Positions 37,225 to 49,772 of a DNA stretch of 64,000 nucleotides are shown piece by piece. How positions within the stretch are numbered: the stretch's first letter is position 1; each line of letters opens with the position of its first letter. Origin of the DNA: Octopus bimaculoides. Taxonomy: Eukaryota. The notes under the pieces are model-generated. The model was given only the letters and a program-made list of their open reading frames with translations. It ran no database searches and was not told the DNA's origin. Location: NCBI RefSeq assembly GCF_001194135.2, contig NC_068989.1:68514841-68578840 (forward strand), read 5' to 3'. Made by a program: the position numbers and the translations under genes.

Positions 37225-38502
37225 CAAGGTACCCAACAGAGAGATGGTCGTGTTAAACTGGACGAAGTATTAAAGCTGTCAACCGAAAACAGAAATGGTT
37301 ACTAGGTTGGGTTTCCACGAATCGTACCAAATTTTACTTCATTTCGCTATGGTAGAAGACATTGCGATTGTTAAATACTAAGTTATGTGGGTATAGCGGG
37401 ACACGAACCACTGGTAGTCCAACAAACTGTGAATTCGGACAACGATACCTGAGCCTAATAAAAATATTAAGTCTTAAAGCTTCCAAATGAGAGAATTGAA
37501 ATAAAATGAGATTGGCTTTTTTTTATAATTGGACAAGGCAGGTGGTTGAATTAGAGGTGTATTGCCGTTTCAATCGACCTTAGTATACTAATGGTACTCT
37601 ATTATATTGATCCAGGGTAGCGATAAAATAAGTTAAATTTAAACCCCGTTGAGATTTGAACTCTAACATAAAAGAAACGAAATTAAATATTGTAATACAT
37701 TGTCGACTCAATACTTTAATGAGAATAATTATTAATTGATTAATTGACTGATTCAAATATCAAATATTTTCACAAACATCTCATGAGATCATAATACAAT
37801 ATCTAAGTTTACTTCTTGCAGACAAATAAACAGATTTCTCCTGTTGCCTCTCACCCACTTCACAAGTCGTTTTATATGTTACATTTACTCGTCTGATAAT
37901 TTTATACAAATATACTCAATCTCGATTTTCGCATTAGAAGTGATGCTTCAGTTTTCTATTTATGTGTTTTTCATAAGATAAACAACCGCATCGGTGGCAT
38001 AAGATAAACAACCGCAGGGTAGAAATGAGATGGGATGAGTTGAGATGAGAGAATTGCAGTAATTTTTGTTTTTAATCATGAAATTACTGGAAGATTAGAA
38101 CTGGGTACAAATACATAAAATATTTCAATATTTCTGAAATCTTGTTGCCACTGTGGAGTTTTGTAGAGCCACAAGCGAGCGATAGTTCATAATCTGTCAT
38201 TGGAGTTGCATTGTATCCTCTTCGTCACTAAACTGTAATCTCATTCAAGCCTAGATAGATACATACATACATACATACATACATACATACATACATACAT
38301 ACATACATGTGACTCGCGTGATATACACCCCTGCACAAATCGGGTTCATAACATAATCTAATCGAACTCATTTTCCTCGAAACCATTATTTATTTCAAAT
38401 TGAAAGTATTATTTATACAGGAAAACTGAAAATATAACATACCCACTATTACTTTGGATGCAGTGGCCTTGATATTCATTTTTATCATCGTACACACACA
38501 TG

Positions 38503-38538
<36 letters not shown>

Positions 38539-38584
38539 TACACACACATACACATAGAAACGTATGTATGTATGCATGCATTAC

Positions 38585-39095
38585 TTTTTTTTATTTATTC
38601 GATTCTTTCCTGGGTGGGAGCTGGTTTTAAAGAAAGAAAACACCATCGGTGAAATTTGGACAACAGCAACACTAATTGCTACAAACTGAATTCAGGAAAA
38701 TATTTTGCATAGTTTTACTATTAAACCTACATAATTTATCTGTAAGGTTCATGTTAATTGGTCTCTGTGTTTCCCTGAAAATTTTGGCTTCTTCAGTTCG
38801 GGGCTTAGGCGCATACTAATATATCTGAGTACACCAATATTTATCGGTATAAAGGTGAATTTACAATCAGGGTAGATGATCTGCAGCTTTCGGAGTAGTT
38901 CTCCAGTGGTATTTTCTTTCTCGCTGGTTATAATAGAAATCTCATGGTAGCTAAGCTCTGACTACATCTGGTTTTCCTTTTCAACTTTTTTTAACCCTCA
39001 AACGACTATATTAGGCTTGTTATGTTTGACGGAAATATTCCACCAATATTCCTTGCGTTGATATGCATATATTCCATGGCAGATAAGTTGATGTC
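38585..39095 (-). mobile_element. R4/Dong-like RLE LINE 3' end
   Basis: Minus: EYWWNISVKHNKPNIVV...GELLRKLQIIYPDCKFTFIPINIG...LQINYVGLIVKLCKIF, then a short UTR ending AATAAATAAAAAAAAG. It overlaps the end of the 28360-29400 copy. Confidence 0.8.
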
Positions 39096-39114
39096 TACAA
39101 TTATGTATGTAAGT

Positions 39115-39208
39115 ATGTATGTAATTACTGCCAAAGACGGTCTTATCCCATAATAAAATTAATTTGTTTGAAATTTTAAGGTGTTTCCATTATGTTGTCC
39201 AACCCCTG
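39115..39208 (+). mobile_element. Tc1/mariner 3' terminus
   Basis: VITAKDGLIP* (cf. VIxAKGGxTxY), then ...TTATGTTGTCCAACCCCTG-TA. Confidence 0.65.
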
Positions 39209-39213
39209 TATAT

Positions 39214-39461
39214 AATGCAAATAATTAGAAAATGGAGAAAAACATAGATTAACCAGTACATCGATAGGACCACATTTAAAGTTCGTTTATTAATGCAAAG
39301 CAAGGATAACAAAGCTAATAGCTGTTTCTGATCAAAATTCCCAGAATGCAATCTATACATAAATGCGAGAATAAAATTCTATTAATAAACAAGCTTCAAA
39401 TGTGGTCCTAGCGATGTACTGGTTAATCTATGTTTTTCTCCATTTTCTAATTATTTGCATT
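39214..39461. repeat. Foldback element: 81-bp arms, 86-bp spacer
   Basis: 39214-39294 versus the reverse complement of 39381-39461: 4 mismatches in 81. Confidence 0.95.
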
Positions 39462-39896
39462 GGTTCCTGATAAACTTTTGTTTATCCCATTGTCACCTGC
39501 GCTCGACGTATATAGTGTCCCTGCACACCTTTGCCTGGGGATAACACAAGCAAGGGATACTGATAGTACATATGAATATTTTATTCCTTCGTCGGTTACT
39601 ACAACTGCTAACTATATATACATACACACACACAAACACACACACATATATATATATATATANNNNNNNNNNNNNNNNNNNNNNNNNNNNNNNNNNNNNN
39701 NNNNNNNNNNNNNNNNNNNNNNNNNNNNNNNNNNNNNNNNNNNNNNNNNNNNGCTCGACGTATATAGTGTCCCTGCACACCTTTGCCTGGGGATAACACA
39801 AGCAAGGGATACTGATAGTACATATGAATATTTTATTCCTTCGTCGGTTACTACAACTGCTAACTATATATACATACATATACATATATATATACA

Positions 39897-40050
39897 CGAC
39901 CAGCGATTCTCAGTTTCCGTCAACCAAATCCACTCACAAAGCTTTAGTCGACCCGAGGCTATAACAGAAGACAGTTGACCAAGGTGCCACGCAGAACGAG
40001 GAATGATGTGGTTGGAAAAGATGCTTCCTACCACACAGATACGCCTGTGC
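39897..40050 (-). mobile_element. SINE family A, 5' half
   Basis: CAAATCCACTCACAAAGCTTT.GTCGACCCGAGGCTATA...CCAAGGTGCCACGCAG is the reverse complement of the family head. Confidence 0.85.
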
Positions 40051-40442
40051 TCATGTTGATAATAACCTATATTTATCGCAAATATACAAATGAGAAATCT
40101 GTTTTAATTTCATTTGAAGGCAATATTTTTCTGAAAATTCGTATTCATTTTATCCTTTTGTAGTGGCACTAAGAAATTTACTAAATGTTAAATTATATTT
40201 AGTGTATGTATGCCTTTCAAAGTTACCTCTCATATGGTGGGTATTACTCTAAGTTTCGTGTTAATACGAGGCTCTGTGGATTGTTCAACAAGAGAGAGGT
40301 ATTAGAAGTCTGTTAACCGATGCTGCTATGTTGCACAGACTTTTTTAGCTGCTGAGTCATCTAATTTCCTACTAAAGAATATGTGTATATTTACATAATA
40401 CAACTAACATGTCTACATGTTCGTTGATGTGTATTGGTTGTG

Positions 40443-40565
<123 letters not shown>

Positions 40566-40989
40566 ATACCTTTATTTTATTTTTAATATACACATCAACA
40601 GACATTCTTCTTTCTTTGAAAACTTATCTAATACAAAACAGAAAAAATGACAATGTAATTATCCAATTTAGGGCTAGATCTGCACAGTTTTTGGTTTAAA
40701 CATGAGAAGAAATTTCTTGTACACTTCCACACAAAAGAAACCTAAGAACTTACGCCTTAATGCCCTTTTTTTTTAATTTGTTACTATAGAGAGCAATTCA
40801 AAACAACTCTGTATACAACTTCAACCGTTTTACAAGAGATGTTAGACATACAGGCTAAAAGCTGAAGATCTAAAAGTATCCGGAGTTGTGGTTTCATAAC
40901 AAAACTCTGTAAGGTTTCTTAAAACTTGTAAGGTACGGTCTTTTTCCTATAAATGCTGTTAAGAGCGTGTGAAGAGAGAATTACAACAT

Positions 40990-41670
40990 TTAGGAGATGA
41001 TGAAATAAATATAGTGAATACTTTGTTCTACGCAGAAACTATAGGAGATACCCAGAGGTATTGCAGGCTCTTCCGAACCCATCACAATATCGGAAACCCT
41101 CCGCACCATCAGCACGTAAAACAGGGTCAATAGTGTTTCGCTTCTTAATCTGTACGCTTCTCCTGAGTTTGACAGCAAGGACTAAATTAGCCTTCACCTG
41201 CAGAAAGGTTCTATCTGCGGTCGCCATCTTCAGTTAGTTTCAGCAGTCATGCCTATCTCTTTGGTGGTTTTCTTCTGTTGTCTGGGTTTCAAAACAATCT
41301 TTTACAGGTAATAGAGCACCGATCTAGCTGGGAAGCTGCGACAGTTGACTTCAGTAGGAACTGAGACCGCATGCAATCTCTTGACAAGTGCTTCATCGGT
41401 CAAGTTCTGATATTTAGTTTCCTTCAGCTGGTGAAAATGACAAGTTTGTCTTCCCATGGCTTTCTAAATTTAATCACGATAGTTGTTATTGTATTCCTGA
41501 ATAGTAGGAACATTTGTCGTCGGAACGATACTACCGCCATCTCTTCTGACATGACTAGGCTACCCTTCAGGTCCGCGTCAGTTCCAGCTGCTACACCTAA
41601 TGTACAGATGTGTAGTGCGCTCGTCGGCTTTTCGTTTTCACGCAAGATGATCGAACGCATCGAGCAGAGA
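40990..41670 (-). pseudogene. Decayed reading frame of unidentified origin
   Basis: GC-richer than its flanks; one minus frame stays protein-like across several stops (TIQEYNNNYRD*I*KAMGR...DEALVKRLHAVS...VLYYL*...EAYRLRSETLLTLFY...EEPAIPLGISYSF). Confidence 0.4.
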
Positions 41671-42305
41671 CCATAAACACATGTCTCATCACCGGTGATG
41701 ATGGTCTTCATGAAGTCTGGTTCGTGGTTTACACAATCCAGCATATCTCGAGCGATTTCCATGCGAAGCTATCTTCTGCTGGCCTACCAGCACTTTGGGG
41801 AAGAATTTCGCTGACAATCTTCGCATGCACAAATTCTCCGTTAAAATTGAAATCCACTGATCATGTGCCTAGTCTCACTTCATGAGCTACACAATCAGCT
41901 CTTCGTTTCGGCTTCAAGGTCTGTTTGAGTGAGCCTTGCTCTCAAATGAAGTGCGGCCATGTTTGAAGCGGTTCTACTACTCCCTCATCTGAGTTTTTCC
42001 CATGGTATCATCGCCAAAAGATTGCTGAATCTTTTGGATTGTTTGAGTTTGACTATCACCATGCTTTTGGCTAAAACTTGGTGCAATATCTCTGTTGGAT
42101 GAGTTCGATGAAGCGAAAATTATACGTGGTACACTAAACATCTGTCCTCTAGGCGTAACAGTCGGGAACTGATGCGGCCTAGCGGTGGAGAAAATTTTAA
42201 GCATATGCATAAAGAGTGGGGTCACCTTCCACCCAAAAGATTTTGACCATGCTGCATTAGTTTTGACGGGAAAAAATAAAGTCGGATATTTTTGAACACA
42301 TTTCA
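41671..42305 (-). mobile_element. Mariner transposon 5' half
   Basis: Left end TA-TGAAATGTGTTCAAAAATATCCGAC; KHGDSQTQTIQKIQQSFGDD...; MEIARDMLDCVNHEPDFMKTIITGDETCVYG, truncated there. Confidence 0.9.
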
Positions 42306-44294
42306 TATGCATATAGGTTTATGTATNNNNNNNNNNNNNNNNNNNNNNNNNNNNNNNNNNNNNNNNNNNNNNNNNNNNNNNNNNNNNNNNNNNNNNNNNN
42401 NNNNNNNNNNNNNNNNNNNNNNNNNNNNNNNNNNNNNNNNNNNNNNNNNNNNNNNNNNNNNNNNNNNNNNNNNNNNNNNNNNNNNNNNNNNNNNNNNNNN
42501 NNNNNNNNNNNNNNNNNNNNNNNNNNNNNNNNNNNNNNNNNNNNNNNNNNNNNNNNNNNNNNNNNNNNNNNNNNNNNNNNNNNNNNNNNNNNNNNNNNNN
42601 NNNNNNNNNNNNNNNNNNNNNNNNNNNNNNNNNNNNNNNNNNNNNNNNNNNNNNNNNNNNNNNNNNNNNNNNNNNNNNNNNNNNNNNNNNNNNNNNNNNN
42701 NNNNNNNNNNNNNNNNNNNNNNNNNNNNNNNNNNNNNNNNNNNNNNNNNNNNNNNNNNNNNNNNNNNNNNNNNNNNNNNNNNNNNNNNNNNNNNNNNNNN
42801 NNNNNNNNNNNNNNNNNNNNNNNNNNNNNNNNNNNNNNNNNNNNNNNNNNNNNNNNNNNNNNNNNNNNNNNNNNNNNNNNNNNNNNNNNNNNNNNNNNTG
42901 TGTGTGCGTGTGTGTGTGTGTGTGTATATAAAGTAAATTAGGTAACCGGAAAGCTACCAGTATGTAAGTGTCCGGAAATATTTCCTCCCCCCGTTGTATA
43001 TGTTTTTATGCTTTCACAGATATCAGACAACGTAGTCTTAGTCTTTTATGCTCTTCTATTAGTGTTTAAAAGATAGAAAAAAAAAGATACAATCAATAAT
43101 GAAACATAAAAAAGCACGTCACACAAATATCACGAGAAAATAAGATAATATCACATCATTATAAGGTGTCGGATTGTCGTTTACAAACGCAAAGTAATAA
43201 ATAGTTTTGTCTCGGTAAAGAGGAAGTAGTACGAAGCATAGCATTAAATCTTATATTGCTGCTACTGTTTGCTAATACTTTTGTTTGTTATTTTTTACTT
43301 TATTTATTGACTTTCTTTTTGTTTTCCTCCACATTTTTTAACGAATGTGTTTATCTTTCTTTTTTCTTTTATCTCTTATCTTTAACTTCTTTTAGTCATT
43401 GGACTTCTCCGATGCTGGGACACCCCCTTGAAGGGTTTAAAAGAATATTTGCTTACAAAATATCATCTCGTAGAACAGGAGTTCAAATTCTGCTGAGTGT
43501 GACTTTGCCTTCCATATTTATATGATCACATAAGTAAGTAGCATGCACGTGTAGAGCTGTTTCCTTCGTTAATAATCACCTCTTCTAAGCTTTATATGAC
43601 ACATTCTACCAGTGTCCGAAGTTTGAAAGTGTTTAGTTACAAAAAATTAATTTCTCGATGTGCCGTTCAAAGGGGAAAGATCCGTCTTTTGTACTATTTA
43701 GCATTAAGTCATTTAATGTGAAAAAGTAACTTATAGTTATACTACAGTGTTACCCATCATATGACAGTTAACTTTGGAAGCATATTTTTGCCACCATACA
43801 GATATCAGGAAATATTGAATACGTACAATGACTATAATTTAACTTTTATCTCAAATTTCTTGGTATTTATGAATAATAATTTTGAAAAGGAAACTATCTA
43901 TTATCTTCAAATATAATTGAAAAGAAAAACGAAACAAAGACGTTTATATTCATTCTTAATACGTTCCGCAGATTCGATCATGAGTATGCTAGTTGCTGAT
44001 GTATTTTCTCTATCTCCAGCCTTAAATGCTCTGTCACTTTTTCCTTCTCCTACCTCTTCATCTCCCTCTTCTTCTGTCTTTGATTCTCTTTCACTTTGTG
44101 TGTGCGTATAGTGTTCTTTTACTCGTTATCTGCCACCAAGCATAATACTTGCACTCATCCTACACCTCTTATTATAACTCTCTCTGTATCTCTCTTTCTC
44201 TCTTGTCCTCTTTCGTTTACTCTCTCTCTCTCTCTCTCTCTCTCTCATGTAAAGAGTAACTAGAGAAAACAACCAGTATTTATATTGGCTCTAA

Positions 44295-44507
44295 GGCGGC
44301 GAGCTGGCAGAATTGTTAACACGCCGGGCAAAAATGCTTAATGGCATTTCGTCCGTTTTCACGATCTAAGTTCAAATTCCGCCGAGATCGACTTTGCCTT
44401 TCATCCTTTCGGAGTCGATAAAATAAGAACCAGTTGGATACAGGGATCGATGTAATCAACTTAGCTCCTTCCCCAGAAACTCTTGTGGCAAAAGTTTGAA
44501 ATCAATA
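44295..44507 (+). mobile_element. SINE family B, full length (older tail type)
   Basis: GGCGGCGAGCTGGCAGAATTGTTA...AGTTCAAATTCCGCCGAGATCGACTTTGCCTTTCATCCTTTCGGAGTCGATAAAATAAG...TTTGAAATCAATA. Confidence 0.9.
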
Positions 44508-45547
44508 TTCAAACCGGCTCCTATTAAAAAGAGATAATATAAGAAGGTTGATTCAAACAGCGATGTAACACTTTTTCTACAAACGGTCTTGTGCCGATAT
44601 AAGAATTAAATATTTGTCTTCAAGAAGACACTAAGTCTCATAGGACAAGATTAGTTGATACAGAGAAGCTTCTTTCATTTTGAAGATTGTATTATGTACA
44701 TAATAAATAATTAAATATTTCAGGTAACAAATGGTAGTGTTTTTGTTTAGCAAAGTAATTCTGTATGTTTTCACTTTTGTGTTACCGAATTATCACGAGC
44801 GTAGCATTGTCAGTAATAAAACAGTTGTATAATTCTTTATTATCTTCTTCCATAAATGAATAATAAAAAGCTTTGAAATGTTATTTTTCTACTGAATATA
44901 TCTCTAAGTGCGAAAATTGTTGCTGTAAAATATCAAAGAATATCTAGAATATATTTGTTTCATTTGCAGAAATTAATACTAAAACATGTTCAAGAAACAA
45001 TTTTTAGAAAACTGAAAGCAAGTGGTTATTTTACGACTTTTCAATTGTAGGATGCCTTCCAAATTTTTGTAAAGCTACATAAAATCACACAAACTATTAA
45101 ATTCTATTGTTCTCACTTTATTTATTCACTGTCAAAACCAGAAATCATTTTGGTGTGTTGACGTTACTGCAAATTTTCAAGATAGGAAACTGTTATTAGA
45201 TATTTCCTTGGATAATACACTAGTCTATCATATACTTTCTCAAAATAAAGAAGCTAATTTTCCTTCTTTACTGTGAGCAAACGAATCACTCTACTTATAC
45301 GTTGTTTATGCTTTCTTTGAACATACACTTTACTGTATCATGGTTTCCATTAACTTTAACATGGTCAGAGCGAGTTGTATTTTTGCCAGAATACAAGACG
45401 TTTCTAATGGCAGTATATGTATTAGATTATAGGTTAGCTATGGCTCTTATTGAGTTCTCTATATTCCATTGTAAAGTCTAAAAATATTTCTATACAGATG
45501 TCTACGTGCACTTTAAAGAATATGCTTTCTTGCTACTTTTTCTCTGA

Positions 45548-45648
<101 letters not shown>

Positions 45649-47316
45649 TGTGTGTGTGTGTGTGTTTGTCTGTACAATACATACACATATATGTATGAGA
45701 TGTAATAGAAAATGTGTTGTTCATTATTTTCCTATGATCATTAATGTCTATTGAGACCACACAGTAGTCTCAGTACGCTAAGAGCTTGCCCCTTGTTCCA
45801 CTACAGACATCTCTTCAGATCTCTAGTTTCTATTGTTTACGTTTTATAGATTGCATTGTCAGTGATATAATAGTTCTGAAATTAATTCAAAATATATCAT
45901 TCGAACGAATAAACTTTTACACAAAATAGATTTATCTTGATATTAATTCAAATATCAAAACTCCCTCATCTGTGTAATAGAATATATAGTTCACAGTAAA
46001 ATGCTAAAAGTACAAATCTGTGAAGTTGTACACACTGATAAAGACGTTTCAATAAATATTTGAAATTGCTTGTGATTGATAAATTGATAAAATGCAGAAT
46101 TAACAATGATTTATTATATTTTACTATCTTTTTAGGGAAAACTGCAGCAAAAGATGCCGTGAAAAGTTCAAAAGTTATTTTTTGTGTACTGCGAAGTGTT
46201 GCTTGCTTATTATCATCTACCTGGTTAGAAACTTTAAATGTTTAAGATACGATAATTATCTAAGTAAATACTTCAGTTTTATGTATTAACTATAGAATTA
46301 CCAGTCATGGCGGATAACTTTTGAAGAGTGCTTTGTCACCGTAGTGAATATGAAATGCATACAATAATTATAATTTAAATTTTACCAAACTTCTCGGTGC
46401 TTATACAAGATGATGAAAGGAACACTAGTTTTCAAAACAAAAATATTACCTTAGAATAAATTTAAATATAAACAAAATTCTCATTCATGTAATTCTTCTC
46501 ATTAGTACTCTGTAATTTACTCCCTCTCCTCTTTATCCTCTGTCTCTGTGACTGTTTCTCTCTCGCTAAATGTGTATAGCATTCTATTGCCCATTGCCTG
46601 CATTTCTTATGCTAGCTCTCTCTCTCACACACACACACACATACACACACTCACTCGTATCACTCTATCACTCTCTCTCCTTTCTCTATGCGATATGAAG
46701 CGAGTCTGGAGAAATCAAATAACCAACCAACCAGCCAATAGTTATATCGGTTATTATATAAAGATATAGTAAGCAAAATTACTTATTTCATAAGCACATA
46801 TTTCGTAACGCAAAATAAGATTATGCGAGATAAATAAGATAAGCTCTTAAAAACCTCAAAGAGATTTTAAACAATTTTGCAAAAAATTATTTGTACGACA
46901 ACACCTCTTTGGTTTCATAATTTTTCTGACTTCGTGTTCGAATTTCTCTTAGAGATTTCCTCTTATTCAGCTTGTTGAATCTCTTCTTTCTTAGACAAAT
47001 TCTACATTTATTAAATACCTCATTTCGTGGATTGACTCTTTTGAAACCAGCATCATCTTTTGGTGATCAAAAAGGTCTATGTCTTTCTTTGATGTTGAGA
47101 ATGAATCTTCAACAAATGTAGATTCAGCTGTTTTTATAGAATCATTTGACAAATCTTTGCTCTAAATAATATATTAACTCATTTATTCGCTTTAGATGAT
47201 AACACATACGTTCCATATTAAATAAATAAATATATATGGAGAGAAGGAAGAGATAGAAAGAAAGAGGAGGAGAGATCTAAGGAACTATAAGTTAGAAAAA
47301 GATATGCATTCGCATG

Positions 47317-47350
<34 letters not shown>

Positions 47351-47756
47351 TGTATGTATGTATGTATCACCGACCTCCTTTTTTAACATTCAGGATGGGT
47401 TTAAAATTTTATGAATATATAAATGGAATATTTCCACAGATAAAGTACTTAAACATTTTTCAGTTACTTCTCTGACATTCAATAAACATTGTTGAATGTG
47501 ACATATTAAATTAAAGACAAATCTCAATTCTACAGATTATACATAATCTACAGAATATCAGACTATATTGAATGTTGATTCCAATCTCCGCCATTTCGAA
47601 ACATTAAATTTCTTTCTTGTTGAGAACTTCCGGTGTATGTCGTCATCTATATCTAAATTTTGACAATCTAACTTACCAGGCTATGAATAATTTCATCGAT
47701 AAGATACTGGTAACTGCTGTATGTCTGGGGAGTACTAGATAATCATTCCTACTACA

Positions 47757-47883
47757 GCCACAAGGCCTGAAATATGTGGGGGGAGCTAGTCGATTACATC
47801 GACCTCAATACTTTACTGGTACTTAATTTATCGATCGACCGTGAAAGGTGAAAGGTAAAGTCGATTCTGCCAGCTCGCCGCCT
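47757..47883 (-). mobile_element. SINE family B, internally deleted
   Basis: Head GCCAGCTCGCCGCC joined directly to the core AAAGTCGA. Confidence 0.75.
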
Positions 47884-47939
47884 TGGAGAGCACTATATAA
47901 TGTATTCTAGTTTGTATAGCTTAAAATTCTCACTGGGAA

Positions 47940-48721
47940 TCGTTGGACTCGAGAACCCATAAAAGAGCTTTGTCCAATGAAAATTTTGTCTACAAAGTCA
48001 TCATTAGTTCAGGAGAGCATGTTCATCGAATCTCAAACCCGAGAGGTGCTGAAGGATAAGGACTTTGAGGAGCTTCCTACCTTAAAGAAACTGAGAGCAT
48101 TGGAAGCATTTAAGTCAGTCTGCCACGGCTTCCTTGATAACACATGGGTACTAGATTACCAAGAGTGTATCGAGAAGTTGTTACAGTCTTAAGGGAGAGC
48201 AAGCGTCACCCAAAATTCATCTCTCCACTCCCACCTCAACTTCTTACCTCCGAAACTCGGAGCAACGAGTGATGAGCATGGAGAAAGGTTCCACCAAGAT
48301 ATTACTAAGATGGGGAGCAACTACCAAGGCAAGTGGAACCCCAGCATGATGGGGGAGTTTTGTTGGATGCTCTTGCATGACATCCCGGAAGCAAAGTATA
48401 CAAGATCATCAAAAACACTCACTTCTAACTCTCTGTTGTACTATGATTTGTGTGTATTGTATTATCGAATTTAGTTTCATCAATGTTCTGTATCTGTGCT
48501 ATTTTTTCTGTAATATGCCTTTGTAACAGATGAAATAAACACATTATATTTTGAATTTATATGCAGTATAATTAAAATGAGATATCTGCAAGCAAAAAAT
48601 CTAGAGGTGATAGCACAAAACTGTTAGCAAAATTGAATTCACCATATCAAAATAAGTAAAAAAAAAATTCCTATTTACATCCTTGCTTCAAAGCAAATAA
48701 AAAAGTTTTTGTAAACCAGTG
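47940..48721 (+). mobile_element. Chapaev3-like DNA transposon, 3' half
   Basis: AFKSVCHGFL...PKIHL.HSHLNFLPPKLGATSDEHGERFHQDITKMGSNYQGKWNPSMMGEFCWML; right end ...GTAAACCAGTG followed by TAA. Confidence 0.8.
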
Positions 48722-49568
48722 TAATTTGTGACATGAAGGATACAGTCAATTTAATAAGACTAATCGTATACTTAGTATATATTTTTATAAATGAAAGTTT
48801 AAGCTGGATCCGGCGGGAGCTGAACGCAGAACGTAAAGGTATGAGACTAAATACTGCAAAGTATTCTAATCAGCTACTTACTCAGCCATCCATTTACTCC
48901 ATCGCTTAGAAATCTCACAATATTGAATTGCGAAGCTTCACTAGAGAGAGGGTGTGGTTTTTCTTGAAGTACAACTAATTCATACTACATCACGTTATGT
49001 TTTGTTGTATCTTTGAAATCACTAAGCACCTGCCACCTAATTTACCTGACTGCAGGAGTGTTTAAGAACAGAGTAAATACAGATAGAGGAAGGCTGATGC
49101 ATAGTTTTCTGAATTTATAGTATTCAGATAAAATTCTCTCACACACGAATGAATTAATCTTGTGAGTCGTAAATCATTTCTTCATTCGTTTCAAAAAACA
49201 ATTGCTAAGCGCCAGCTTATACATCGAAATACTGCTTCAGTGATGAGGAATAGTTCAAGAGATTAAAGAGAAATAAAATATGACGTTATTCAATAAATAA
49301 TTGACACCTGACATCTTTCCATCTAAGTTGAATATGAATGCTTTCCATTAATCTTAGGCCAACAGAAATAGTAACAAGAAAAGTACTCACCTGTTTTTCT
49401 TTGAGTGTGTGTGTGTGAGGGTGTGCGCGCGCGCATGTAAGAGAGATAGATATATATATATACATACATACGCATATATATATATAATGTGCAATCTGTT
49501 AACAAATACATACCTACATTATTTACATTATTTATATTTGGCGGATATTTGTCATTTTGTTTGTTGTT

Positions 49569-49614
49569 AACACAACGTTTCAGTTGATATACACTCCAGC
49601 CTTCATCAGGTGTC
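49569..49614 (-). ncRNA. Minimal type-I hammerhead ribozyme motif
   Basis: Minus: GACAC-CTGATGA-a-GGCTG gagtgtatat CAACT-GAAA-CG-TT-GTGTT. Helix I 5 bp, intact core, helix II 4 of 5 bp, palindrome AACGTT, GUU triplet. Confidence 0.65.
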
Positions 49615-49661
49615 TTGGGGAAATTTTGAACTTGGGTTCTCATTCCTAAGGTATTTTTCGA

Positions 49662-49707
<46 letters not shown>

Positions 49708-49772
49708 GTTGTTATTATTACTATTATTCAGGTCACTGATTGGTTCGATTCCAAGCAGTGGAATAATATATA

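Noticed and set aside
39501-39878. Identical 126-bp duplication (39501-39626 and 39753-39878)
   Set aside because: The copies are 100% identical and sit on either side of an N-gap next to an (AT)n run; most likely an unmerged contig overlap.
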